A stretch of DNA of 64,000 nt from Eledone cirrhosa (taxonomy: Eukaryota): contig OZ024740.1 in NCBI GenBank assembly GCA_964016885.1, forward strand, positions 266,910,001-266,974,000. Direction: 5' to 3'. The position numbers and the translations under genes were made by a program. Below are positions 24,792-35,436 of this stretch, one piece after another (the stretch's first letter is position 1; each line of letters begins with the position of its first letter). The notes below the pieces were generated by a model, which was not told the origin of the DNA, did no database searches, and saw only the letters and a program-made list of their open reading frames with translations.

Positions 24792-27700
24792 ATGACCTCA
24801 CTCAGAATAGGCAGCATAAATGCGCGTGGCTTGGGGTCGTCATGGAAGCAGGGTCACCTGCTCAACGACCTCAGGTCACTAAACATAGATGTAGTGGCCA
24901 TCAGCGAGACCAGAATCTCCGAAGCACGGGCCTTCGCACCGATCTTCGGCGGCTACGATGTGTACGCATCTCCCAGCCGTCCTGGATCGGGTGGAGGAGT
25001 TGCTGTGCTTTTTCGGAGAGGTTTGGATCTCGCCATACGGGCCATCTTCCTGGACCCAGAGGGTAAGCTGGTGGTGCTGGACGTGACCAGCGGAGACGGG
25101 CAAGCTTTCAGGCTAGTGGCCGTCTATGCCCCGACAGGAGCAGGGCGGCCTGATTTCTTCCGGCGTCTGGAGACCTTTCTTGGAACGTCCCGCTCTTTAG
25201 TGTTAGTGGGCGACTGGAACGGGATCTTAGATGCACGCTGGGACTGTGTGGGATTAGCGGATAGGGGTGGAGGGTGCAAGAGCCTCACCAACCTGCTCAG
25301 GCGTTTTGAACTGTCTGACAGGTACCGATTGGATTTCCCGAATGTGCCAATGTGGACTTGGACAAACCGCATAGGGTCATCCAGATCATATCTAGATAGA
25401 GTATTTTGTAGGGAAATAGATAGGTCTAGCATAGGCTGTCCACAATTCAAGATAGTCAGCTACACGGACCACAAATTCGTGACCTGTGTGCTTGACTTAG
25501 ATAGGCTTCATAGACGAGGACCCGGCTACTGGAAGTTAAACGCGTCCTTACCAGCGCGCAAGGCCTACAGAGACCGGATTAGCGAACTAGTTAAGCGGGC
25601 GTTGACGGGGGCCATCGTCAACAACAAGTGGTGGTTTGCTCTGAAAAGAGCGATTAGAATAGAATCGATTAGGTTTAGTAAGGCTTTAGCAATAGAGAAA
25701 AATAGAGCAGAGGGAGAACTAGTTAGAAAATTAGACGAGGCGCTTAGCAAAGGCATTGCGACCGACGTGCTTGCGGCGAAATTGGCCCTTGACCAATTCT
25801 TCAATGCAAAGCACGAAGGCTGCGTTGTCAGAGCTAGGGTGCGTGCTCTCAGACACGAGGGGACGAAAGCCGTTCAATGGGCCCGAGTGGCGGAGGCGCG
25901 TCGTGGCAACAAAGCCACGATCCGGTCTTTGGTGGACCACGACGGGCGCATGCTACTCGATCCCGGGCAAATGTGTGAAGCTTTTCAGCGACACTTCGCT
26001 CAGCTGTTCGGGGGCAGCGGGGGGCCGGGTAGAGGGATAGACTTTAGTGTCTACCTCGACGGACTGCCGCGGCTCTCGGCCACTGAGGCGAGGTGTTGCG
26101 AAAAGCCGATAACAGCCGCTGAAGTACGGGAGGCAATGACTGGCTGCACAAGGGGTAAATCGCCTGGTTTGGATGGTCTGCCCTATGAACTTTACGTACA
26201 GATGCCAGACTTGTTCGGAGGCCTCTTGGCGGACGTCTACTGCAACTGGCAACAGAACGGGAGAATTCCCAGTTCTGTGAGCCGAGGAGCGGTGGCACTG
26301 CTGAGAAAGGATCCGAACAAGGGGGATAACATAGACAATTTCCGGCCCATAACTCTGCTAAACACAGAGTTTAAGATTTTGGCCAAGGTGCTAGCAAAGA
26401 GGTTGGCGCTTGTCGTTGGTGGTCTGGTGGGAGAGGCGCAGACATGCGCCATTCCCGACAGATCCATCCACGACAACCTCCACCTCATGCGATACATCGT
26501 AGAGAGGGTAGCTAGGGAACCTGGCACGGGTGGGTCCTTGATCAATTTAGATCAGTCGAAAGCTTTCGATAGGGTCGACCATCGTTACCTAGCGGCAGTC
26601 CTGAGGGCGGCTGGCTTTGGGCCCGTCTTCAGAGGCTGGATCGCTGCCATGCACAGCGACATCTGCTCTGTGGTGAGAGTGAACGGTCACCTATCGGAAC
26701 CGTTCAACATCATGCGCTCGGTCCGCCAAGGATGTCCCCTCTCGTCCCTCTTGTACGTATTGACTCTCGAGCCATTACTGCACAAACTGGAGACGTTGAG
26801 GGGAGTCCCGCGCGAACTAGGATGCGGAAGATCCGTGTCAGCATATGCGGACGATGTCACCGTAGTGGTGTCGAACGCCAAACACATCGAGGCGATCGGC
26901 ACTACACTAAGAGAATACGAAGCGGTGACAGGAGCAATGATCAACCAGGAAAAGTCAGTGGGCCTGCAGCTCGGCACCTGGAGAGGCAGGTCCATGCTGT
27001 CTAACAGCGTCGTCGGGCGCTGGACGGACGGACCGGTTAAATTGCTAGGGGTCTGGTTCGGTCCGGACCTCCAGACGGACAAAAACTGGGACGAGGTGAC
27101 GAGCAGGGTGGCTTCTCTCACCCAGAAATGGGCGGAGAGGAAGCTATCCCTGAAAGGTCGAGCGGAGGTGGCTAACGCGTACATCGCGTCTGTTATCTGC
27201 TACCGCCTAACCGTCGTACCTTGTCCTAAGCCTCGCCTGACTGCGCTGGAGCGTTTGCTCTTTCGCTTTTTGTGGAAGGGACGTGCTCCGATGGTCAGGC
27301 GGTCCATCTGTTGTCAACACCCGCTACGTGGAGGGCTGGGCATGCCGTGGCTGATGATGCGCAGGCACGCGCTCAGGCTACGACATCTCCACCTCTTCCT
27401 CGACGGTGATCAGGTGTGGTCGCCGTTTGCTAGACGCGTTTTTCCCCAGCTCGTTTCCTTGACGGAGCTGCAGTCCTGGGTCAAGCGAAGACCGAGAGGG
27501 AGCGCCTGGAGACTGGAATGTCTTCAGGCGCTCACAGCCCTCGACCAATCGGGCAATGTGATCGGTGGAAACTCCACCTCGGCGTTCTATAGAGGATTAG
27601 TGGAGGGGAAGAGCGACGACGTACTTGGGGAAACTCTAGGCGTCGACGAAAATCAACTAGCCAATCTCTTCGGAAGAACTTTCGGGCCAGGGCCTATGGA

Positions 27701-28211
27701 CAACTTCCAGAAATCTCTGGCCTGGCAGTGCTACCGAGGAGCCTTGCCAGTTCGGGATAAACTCTACAGGCATGGAGGTGCCGTCAGCCGGGCATGTCCG
27801 AGATGCGCGCATGGCGACGAAACCGTCCTGCACGCACTCGTCCAGTGTCCGAAAATTGCTGACTTGTGGGTTTATGTCGAACACCTGCTGTCGCGTTTAG
27901 GACGGATCCAGCTATCATCTGAGTCTATCGTGAGGATTGCCCCGCCCTCCTCCTTTAGCCGGGAAGGGCAGGCAGTTTTTATCTGTCTGGTGGCCATGGC
28001 GAAAGAGATAGTATGGTGGACACGTTTGAAAGGGCTGAAGACGAGCACTTACCTCTTCGGTGATGCTCTAATTGACTTTTTCAAATTTCATTTGAAAAGG
28101 AAAATCAGAGTAGAGAGGGAAGTGCTCTCTTCCCAGCATTTTGTTGAAAGATGGGTGAGAGAAGCAAGAATGGCCCGAGTGAATGGGCCGACTCTGAGTA
28201 TATATCTGTAA
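24792..28211 (+). CDS. Tx1 ORF2: APE endonuclease, reverse transcriptase, C-terminal zinc finger (1139 aa, uninterrupted)
   Basis: SINARGL, SET, GDWN, YLDR, TDH; SPGLDG, FRPITLLN, LDQSKAFDRV, RQGCPLS, YADD; CPRC...H...C. Confidence 0.97.
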   Translation: MTSLRIGSINARGLGSSWKQGHLLNDLRSLNIDVVAISETRISEARAFAPIFGGYDVYASPSRPGSGGGVAVLFRRGLDLAIRAIFLDPEGKLVVLDVTSGDGQAFRLVAVYAPTGAGRPDFFRRLETFLGTSRSLVLVGDWNGILDARWDCVGLADRGGGCKSLTNLLRRFELSDRYRLDFPNVPMWTWTNRIGSSRSYLDRVFCREIDRSSIGCPQFKIVSYTDHKFVTCVLDLDRLHRRGPGYWKLNASLPARKAYRDRISELVKRALTGAIVNNKWWFALKRAIRIESIRFSKALAIEKNRAEGELVRKLDEALSKGIATDVLAAKLALDQFFNAKHEGCVVRARVRALRHEGTKAVQWARVAEARRGNKATIRSLVDHDGRMLLDPGQMCEAFQRHFAQLFGGSGGPGRGIDFSVYLDGLPRLSATEARCCEKPITAAEVREAMTGCTRGKSPGLDGLPYELYVQMPDLFGGLLADVYCNWQQNGRIPSSVSRGAVALLRKDPNKGDNIDNFRPITLLNTEFKILAKVLAKRLALVVGGLVGEAQTCAIPDRSIHDNLHLMRYIVERVAREPGTGGSLINLDQSKAFDRVDHRYLAAVLRAAGFGPVFRGWIAAMHSDICSVVRVNGHLSEPFNIMRSVRQGCPLSSLLYVLTLEPLLHKLETLRGVPRELGCGRSVSAYADDVTVVVSNAKHIEAIGTTLREYEAVTGAMINQEKSVGLQLGTWRGRSMLSNSVVGRWTDGPVKLLGVWFGPDLQTDKNWDEVTSRVASLTQKWAERKLSLKGRAEVANAYIASVICYRLTVVPCPKPRLTALERLLFRFLWKGRAPMVRRSICCQHPLRGGLGMPWLMMRRHALRLRHLHLFLDGDQVWSPFARRVFPQLVSLTELQSWVKRRPRGSAWRLECLQALTALDQSGNVIGGNSTSAFYRGLVEGKSDDVLGETLGVDENQLANLFGRTFGPGPMDNFQKSLAWQCYRGALPVRDKLYRHGGAVSRACPRCAHGDETVLHALVQCPKIADLWVYVEHLLSRLGRIQLSSESIVRIAPPSSFSREGQAVFICLVAMAKEIVWWTRLKGLKTSTYLFGDALIDFFKFHLKRKIRVEREVLSSQHFVERWVREARMARVNGPTLSIYL

Positions 28212-28472
28212 ACTAAAGGTGGAAAACTGGGAGAGGGCACTTGCCTTGGTGGTCAGGGTCATTGTGGCTTTTTACTGGGCTTTCTCCACAAATGTCCCTC
28301 CGAAGTCTCCCCCCTATTGGGGAATTTTTCATTGTTATTTTCATTTTTATTTTTGTTACATCCTCTGTTTTTGTTATTTTTACACGCAGAAATGCCCATT
28401 TGTACCGTCCTGCATTGTCCTGCACTGTCCTTAATGTCTACTTTATGTAAACCCTTGTGGCTAATAAAGAAA

Positions 28473-28956
<484 letters not shown>

Positions 28957-28959
28957 GTT

Positions 28960-29470
28960 AGGGCAGTGGATTGGCAGTATCGGTAGAGGGTCGGACGCCA
29001 TGCTTTGCAGCATAGAGTTATGGCCCTTTATGATCTGAGTTCAAATCCCGCCGAGGTTAACTTTGCCTTTCATCCTTACGGGGTCGATAAAATAAAGTAC
29101 CAGTAATGCACTGGGATAATTGCTGGCCTTGTGCCAAAAGTAAAAATAATGATAATAATTATTATTATTATTGTTAGGGCAGTGGATTGGCAGTATCGGT
29201 AGAGGGTCGGACGCCATGCTTTGCAGCATAGAGTTACGGCCCTTTATGATCTGAGTTAAAATCCCCCCGAGGTTAACTTTGCCTTTCATCCTTACAGGAT
29301 CGATAAAATAAAGTACCAGTCACGCACTGGGGTCGATTTAATCGACTTTTCCCTCCCCCAAAATTGATGGCCTTGTGCCTATATAAGAAATCATTGATTG
29401 GAGTGGCGGTGGATTGGCAGTATCGGTAGAGAGTCGGACGCCATGCTGTGCCAAAATTAGAAACAATTAT
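28960..29470 (+). mobile_element. Three tandem SINE copies (28960-29140, 29176-29395, internally deleted 29405-29470)
   Basis: Repeated ggcRgtggattggcagtatcggtagag heads separated by ATT-rich tracts. Confidence 0.85.
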
Positions 29471-29835
29471 TATTGTTGTTGTTATCTTCCTTGGATATCT
29501 GCATATTCAGATATCTCCCACCGGGCCTCAGCAATGGGCCTGGAGTGGCTGATCGTTTGTTATGACACATTTTCCAGCTCCGTGGATAACTGATTGTTGC
29601 AAATTATATAATAGATAAAACGTACCATTTTATATATGGTTACAACAAGGTTTGCCCTCCCAACATTACATTGACAATGCTTTCCACAAAATGTGAGCAG
29701 TATTAGTAAGTACGATTTAAAAAAAAATCCTTTTATACAAGGTTTACCTGGCATGTGATCGAAGAGTTTGTCAGTTCCTTTCCTTGTCCGGCTCAGTGCT
29801 CCAACTATAATTGGATTATTGTTATTATTATTATT

Positions 29836-30172
29836 TTCTTGGAGTCTCAGTCATTGATGTTATTTAACTGGAAAGTTTGTTCAAATGAACATCAAGCCGC
29901 TCCCTGCAGCCTCAGATATTCAGGACGTATCGGAGGTTTCTTGATGTTCCCAGCAAGCATGCCTTTTCAAGTGTTCCAAAACGAGGGTGTGTGGGTGGGG
30001 TGGACTAATATTCTTAAACCATCCTTGAAAACTCTTCGAGATAGTGCCTAGTGCTCCTATGACAATCGGGACGACCTTGATTTCATGACAGTCCCAAATC
30101 CTTTTTAATTCCCACTTTAAATCCTGGTATCGGTTAATTTTCTCCTTCTCCTTTTCTTGCACTCTCGTGTCA
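29836..30172 (-). mobile_element. R4/Dong-clade 3' segment (same family as 28583-28911)
   Basis: DTRVQEKEKEKINRYQDLKWELKRIW...IVIGALG; 3' end abuts (TTA)n. Confidence 0.85.
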
Positions 30173-31936
30173 ACCTTCTCAGTTTTATAAAGAACTCGCT
30201 GATAAATGCAAACCGAAGCACGTGTTTCCTGATTCAGTTGAGGCAATTGAATTTTGAAATAATATCTGAGAAATACCTTCTTCTCATAATGATGAGATAG
30301 AGTGGCTTCAAAGAGTAAAACATCAACCAAACCATAATATGAAACAAAATAACATAAGCATTTACTCTAGTGATGTCAAACAGTTTGTTACAAGAACGGC
30401 AAGCTGGAAGGTACCTAGCTCTGACGGCCTCCAAGGATTCTGGTTCAAGAAAATGAGCAATACGCCTGATAAGATAGCCGAGCACTTGGACAAGTGCTTC
30501 CAGCTAGAAGTCCCTAATTGGATGACCAAGTGTTGAACAGTCTTTATAATGACGGATAAGCGAAAGGAAATGTGGCTGCCAATTACTGACCAATGGCATG
30601 CCTGCCAATCATTTGGAAATTGGTGACTGGAATTATTGGGTACAAGATATACAAACGTCTCGAAGAGGCAAATCTCCTCCTAAATGAACAGAAAGGGCGT
30701 CGTAGAGGGTTCAGAGAAAAAAATACCAGTTATTAACTGATAAGGCAATGTTAAGCAACTGCAAGTGAACGAAAAAAAAGACTTGACAATGGCTTTCATA
30801 GATTACAAGAACGCCTATGACATGCTCCCCACTCCCACCCCAGTCTTGGTTAAAGGAAACACTTAACCTTGTAGGTCTAGGAGACAACATCAAGGAAATG
30901 CTATTCAAAGATATGAAGCAGTGGAGAACGGAATTGACATCTGGTAATGAAGTTCTAGATGTTCGCATCAGACAAGATATTTTCCAAGGGAACTCATTAT
31001 CACCTTTGTTGTTTATCATTATACTGATTTCCTTTACACTTGTTCTTAGAGAAACAACTTGTGGATACTACATGTCGAAAGAGCCCATGCCTATAAACCA
31101 GCTATTGTTCATGGACGATTTAAAGCTGTATGGCTTTACTGAAAGAGAACTTCATTCACTTGTCCACACAGTGAAGATTGTATCTGATGACAAATGCATG
31201 AAGTTTGATTTAGACAAGTGCAAAAAGATTATCAATGAAAAGGGCAAATTGGTTGCAATCGATGATATTGAAATGCCTGATGGCGAAAGAATGTCACAAA
31301 TTGAAGAAACAGGTTACAAATACTTGGGCCTGTTGCAGGATGTAGGGATTAGAACAGGCGAAATGAAGGAAAAGATTGAAAATACTAGGAGAGTGAAACA
31401 ATTGTCCAAATCACAACTGTATGCAGGAAATTTAACCTCTGGAATAAAACAATAGGTCTTGGGAGTAGTGGGGTATAGTGCTGGAATAGTTGATTGGACG
31501 AGACAAGACCTTGAAAGAATTGAAAGACGCACATGCAAGATCTTAACTTGCAATGGGGGCTTATTGCACCTTAACAGGAAGGAAGGTGAGAGAGGATTAA
31601 TTTAGGTTGAACAATGTGTATGTATTGAGTGCAACAGTTTGTAGGAGTATCTAACATTAACTAAAGAAACACTGCTCAGAGAAGTTCTGAAGGAAGACTT
31701 TATAACAGAAAGTCAAGGTAAGAAAGTATTCAACAAAGCCTTTAGAGAGAAACAAGAACAGGCATGGAAAGAAAAGGCTCTTCGTGGAAAATTTCCAGCT
31801 GATATTAAAGACATTATTGATCCTTTGGTCTTGGCTTTGGCTTAGGTCAGAACAAATTGAATAAAAGCTTAAAATCGATGAACAAAATTGCTCGCCGTTT
31901 TGCAGAGCGTGCCATAAAGCAGACGAATCTGTGGAA
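30173..31936 (+). pseudogene. R4/Dong-clade RT segment, inverted relative to its 3' segment
   Basis: WKVPSSDGLQGFWFK, IDYKNAYD, IFQGNSLSP, LLFMDDLK, YKYLG; ends at CRACHKADESVE (start of the CCHC finger). Confidence 0.85.
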
Positions 31937-32103
31937 AAGTCGATTACATCGATTTCAATGCATTACTGGTATTTTATTTTATCGACGCCATAAGGACGAA
32001 ATGCAAAGCTAACCTTGGCGGGATTTGAACTCAGAACGTAAAGAGAAGTAACTATATGCCGCAAATGATGTTGCCCGATACTCTACAAACTCTGTCAATC
32101 CCA
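31937..32103 (-). mobile_element. tRNA-derived SINE copy, diverged
   Basis: Core and B box recognisable. Confidence 0.7.
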
Positions 32104-32182
32104 CGTCTGTTGAGATAAGGAACTGTTAATTATTATTCTCAAATTTCTACAATATTCAATTTACAATATTTCTCTGTTTCAG

Positions 32183-32314
32183 GTGCGTTCCTCCTTCCAT
32201 ATTTCATGACAGTATTGGTAGCTGGAATACCAATGTATTTGTTGGAACTTACTCTTGGCCAAATGTGCAGCTCGGGTGGTTTGACAGTCTGGAAAATCAC
32301 ACCAATCTTCAAAG
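32183..32314 (+). CDS. slc6a1: SLC6 sodium/chloride-dependent GABA transporter (GAT1-like), TM2 exon
   Basis: tttcag|...|gtatgg; [27 protein letters not shown]...WKITPIFKG; phase 1-1. Family is secure, orthology less so. Confidence 0.92.
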
Positions 32315-32362
32315 GTATGGATATGCTACTTTCTTTTTAAATATACTTGTGTTTCTTTATAG

Positions 32363-32547
32363 CAGGGTTTCCCAAACTTTTTCAAATACGAAACCCTTTT
32401 TTGTTCAGAAACGTTTGGGAGAACCCCAAAGTCTAATGCTGTTATATGATCGTAATATAAATATACTCTTCTACCTTTTTTCGCGGGACCCCAGACACTC
32501 CTTTGTGGAATCCTCGGGTTCAGCGGAACCCACTTTGGGAACCACTG
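32363..32547. mobile_element. hAT-type MITE
   Basis: TIRs cagggtttcccaaa / tttgggaaccactg; 8-bp TSD ctttatag/ttttatag. Confidence 0.8.
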
Positions 32548-32769
32548 TTTTATAGAAATAGAACGCAAATTTGACTGTGTTAGCAGAGTTGAAAGAACAT
32601 TTTTCTTAAATGGGAGTCCATGATACACGATACTAGTTTTTAACACCTTGAACCTGAATTAAACTTCTTAGATAGTGGTTTTCGTGACGGGGTTTTGTAT
32701 CAAAGAAGAACAAGCTGTAAACTGGAGAACGAAATTGGTTAAATGAATGGAGCATTAACATTCAATAGC

Positions 32770-33072
32770 TGCGTTTCTTAACCTTTTTACCCTTGTGGAA
32801 CCTCTAAAATAGTTTTCATGTCTCAGGGAACCCCTGTATAAAAATGATTACATACCATTATTAATATATATCTCTTTCAGAGGTTGATACCTTTACTATA
32901 ATAACTAAAGATTTTCCAACACTATACCATATGTCTTTAGAAAAATTACGAATATAAAATGGATATAAAATTACTAAATAATGCATTAGCTAATTTATCA
33001 CTGTTTCTCGCGGAATCCCGAGCGACCTCATGTAGAACCCTAGGGTTCTGGGGAACACCGGTTGAGAAATTG
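32770..33072. mobile_element. Degenerate hAT-type MITE
   Basis: gtttcttaacc...ggttgagaaat ends and ggaaccc subterminal motifs; no clear TSD. Confidence 0.5.
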
Positions 33073-33511
33073 ACATATTAACACTACAACTACCCCTGAT
33101 AAAAAACAGCTTTTAAAGTGTTGTTTATAATAAAACTGAAATGAGTCACCGCCTTTAATTTCAAGGTGTTAACGATCATAACGAGGCGGGTTTCATTCCT
33201 TTATTGAGCGGCACATTGAGGTTACATTCACGTAGCTCTGGTCCACGTAGTTGAAAAAATAATGAGTATCAACAACTTCCATGGATTAATACTGTTAACT
33301 TTGCCTTTCATCCTTACGGGATCGATAAAATAATGTACCAATAATGCACTGGGGTCGATTTAATCGACGTTCCTTTTCCCTTCAAATTGCTGACCTTGTG
33401 TCATAAGTAGAAACAATTATTAATCTGAATCATTATAGATTATGAGAATTTTATTTTTAAACACATTCATTATTCACTGTGTTATAAATATCATTGTGTT
33501 ATATCTTGCAG

Positions 33512-33839
33512 GTGTCGGATATGCGTCGGTGGTGATCGCATTTTGGCTCAACATATGGTATATCGTGCCATTGGCGTGGGCTCTCTTTTATCTATTTAAT
33601 TCGTTCAAAAGCGTTCTACCGTGGTCCAACTGCGATAATTCGTGGAACAGTCATCGTTGTCAGTCGGAATACGAACGACAGTTCCTTCCTTACAATTGTT
33701 CCAATTCCACATATTGGAAAGAGGTAATACCTATAAAAAGCATTAACGTCACCTACCTCTTGTCCAATTATTCACACATGAATTGCTCTCGGGAATACGA
33801 TTGGGGTTCGTTCACGTCACCTGTTCGCGAATATTGGGA
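33512..33839 (+). CDS. slc6a1: GAT1-like transporter, TM3 + extracellular loop 2 exon
   Basis: ttgcag|...ga|gtgagt; [19 protein letters not shown]...[11 protein letters not shown]...TSPVREYWE; phases match both neighbours. Confidence 0.93.
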
Positions 33840-34086
33840 GTGAGTAAACCTTTAATACTGATTAACAAGGAATGCTCAATTGACTAAGTGATTGATTTAT
33901 TTGTCGATGGATTTTTTAAATTGGTTGATTTATTAATATAATCGTTGGTTTCCATTAAAACGTCTATATACTGCTCATATAAACCCATTATTTTCTTGTA
34001 TTAATTAATCTCTTAAAACGCACCCATACTTATAGATTACACACGTATATATCAAACACTCCAGACATCTCTATTTTCTTTCTTAG

Positions 34087-34219
34087 ACGTCGTGCTCTTC
34101 AAATCACTGATGGAATCACAGATGTTGGTGGTATGCGTTGGGAGTTAGCAGCAACCCTCCTCTTGACTTGGGTCCTTTGTTATTTCTGTATTTGGCGTGG
34201 TGTCAAGTGGACTGGAAAG
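34087..34219 (+). CDS. slc6a1: GAT1-like transporter, TM4 exon
   Basis: tcttag|...aag|gtaaga; [44 protein letters not shown]. Confidence 0.93.
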
Positions 34220-35436
34220 GTAAGAGACAACATTTACTTAATCATATATTCATGTATTTAGGGACAGTTTTAGAATCAGCAGCAAATAATAGTTGTAGAG
34301 TAGTGACAAAGAGAGAGGGGCGGAGGAAAATAAAATAAAGAAAAATAAAGAAGCAGAACACATGAGGATGGAGAAAAATCTACAATCTTGGCTGGACAGT
34401 TTACCACAGCTACATCCCGCGGACAAGATCGTGAAAGTATTGCTGTGAAGCCTTCCTTCTGAACTGGAGGAAGAAAATGGCAGTCTGTAGATTAAGGACA
34501 TTAGAGGTCTCGATGCCGACCGGCACAAAATGGAGATGGTCAGTTAGACAACATGCTTACTTCCTTTTCTCAGACTTTCTCGTGTTTTATTATCTTACAT
34601 CTATATTTTTGTACATGAGGATGGTAGGAGCCGAGACGTTGGGTAGATTGACTTGTCTGATGAATATGGTTTTAGAGATGGTAATGCGAGATGAATATCC
34701 TCGATGCAGGATAAACTGTCGGTGGTTGGAATTGCTAAGAAAATGGTGCAGGCAGTATCTGATGTTGTTGTTCATTAGCCCAGATAAGTCCTGAACGAGC
34801 AGACCCAAGAAGAAATTCATTTTAGCTGTTATCACCCCGTATTTCCTCGGTGGGGGTTATAGTGTGTTTGAATTTTCTATGTTCCAATGTAGCCAGGTGT
34901 GTATTATGCAATTTTTATAAAGAAGAGTACAGCGTGATTTGAGAAGGATGTCGCTGACATTTCTTTCAGTTCGAGTGATCAATTAAGGGTCCTTCATGAA
35001 TAAGAGTGAGAAAGAGAGACTTTGAGCTAAAGTAATCAGACATTCTTATTGCAAATACCCAGGTGAATGAGGTAAGTGTCGAACAGAAAGAAATCGTCAT
35101 ATGTACAGATACCATCATTCAGAATTTTGAATTGTAGAGTGTAGTAGGTCTGTAGAATATATATACTATGTAGTATATATATACAATATATACTATAGTA
35201 TATATATATATTATGAATAAGAGAGACGGTTTTAAAAGATTCCACCCCTTCTACAGCTGTTACAGAAAGAAGCGCTCGATTATGATAGGAACAGAATATT
35301 ATATATATAAGCAGAAAATTGCTTATTGTGATCCAGTTCGTGGTTAAGAAAGCCAGTTTCATTAACGGTTTCAACGTACGGTTAGGGGTAACTCCACAAG
35401 TTTGTAAGAATTCCGTTCAATCTTGGAGTCTAAAGT

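Noticed and set aside
10035-28262. Many minus-strand and alternative-frame ORFs over the Tx1 elements
   Set aside because: Shadow frames of GC-rich ORF1/ORF2 with no independent motifs.
34340-34530. Old Tx1-like ORF2 fragment (WLDSLPQL); also a PLE-like C terminus at ~8330-8390
   Set aside because: Too short and degenerate to call.
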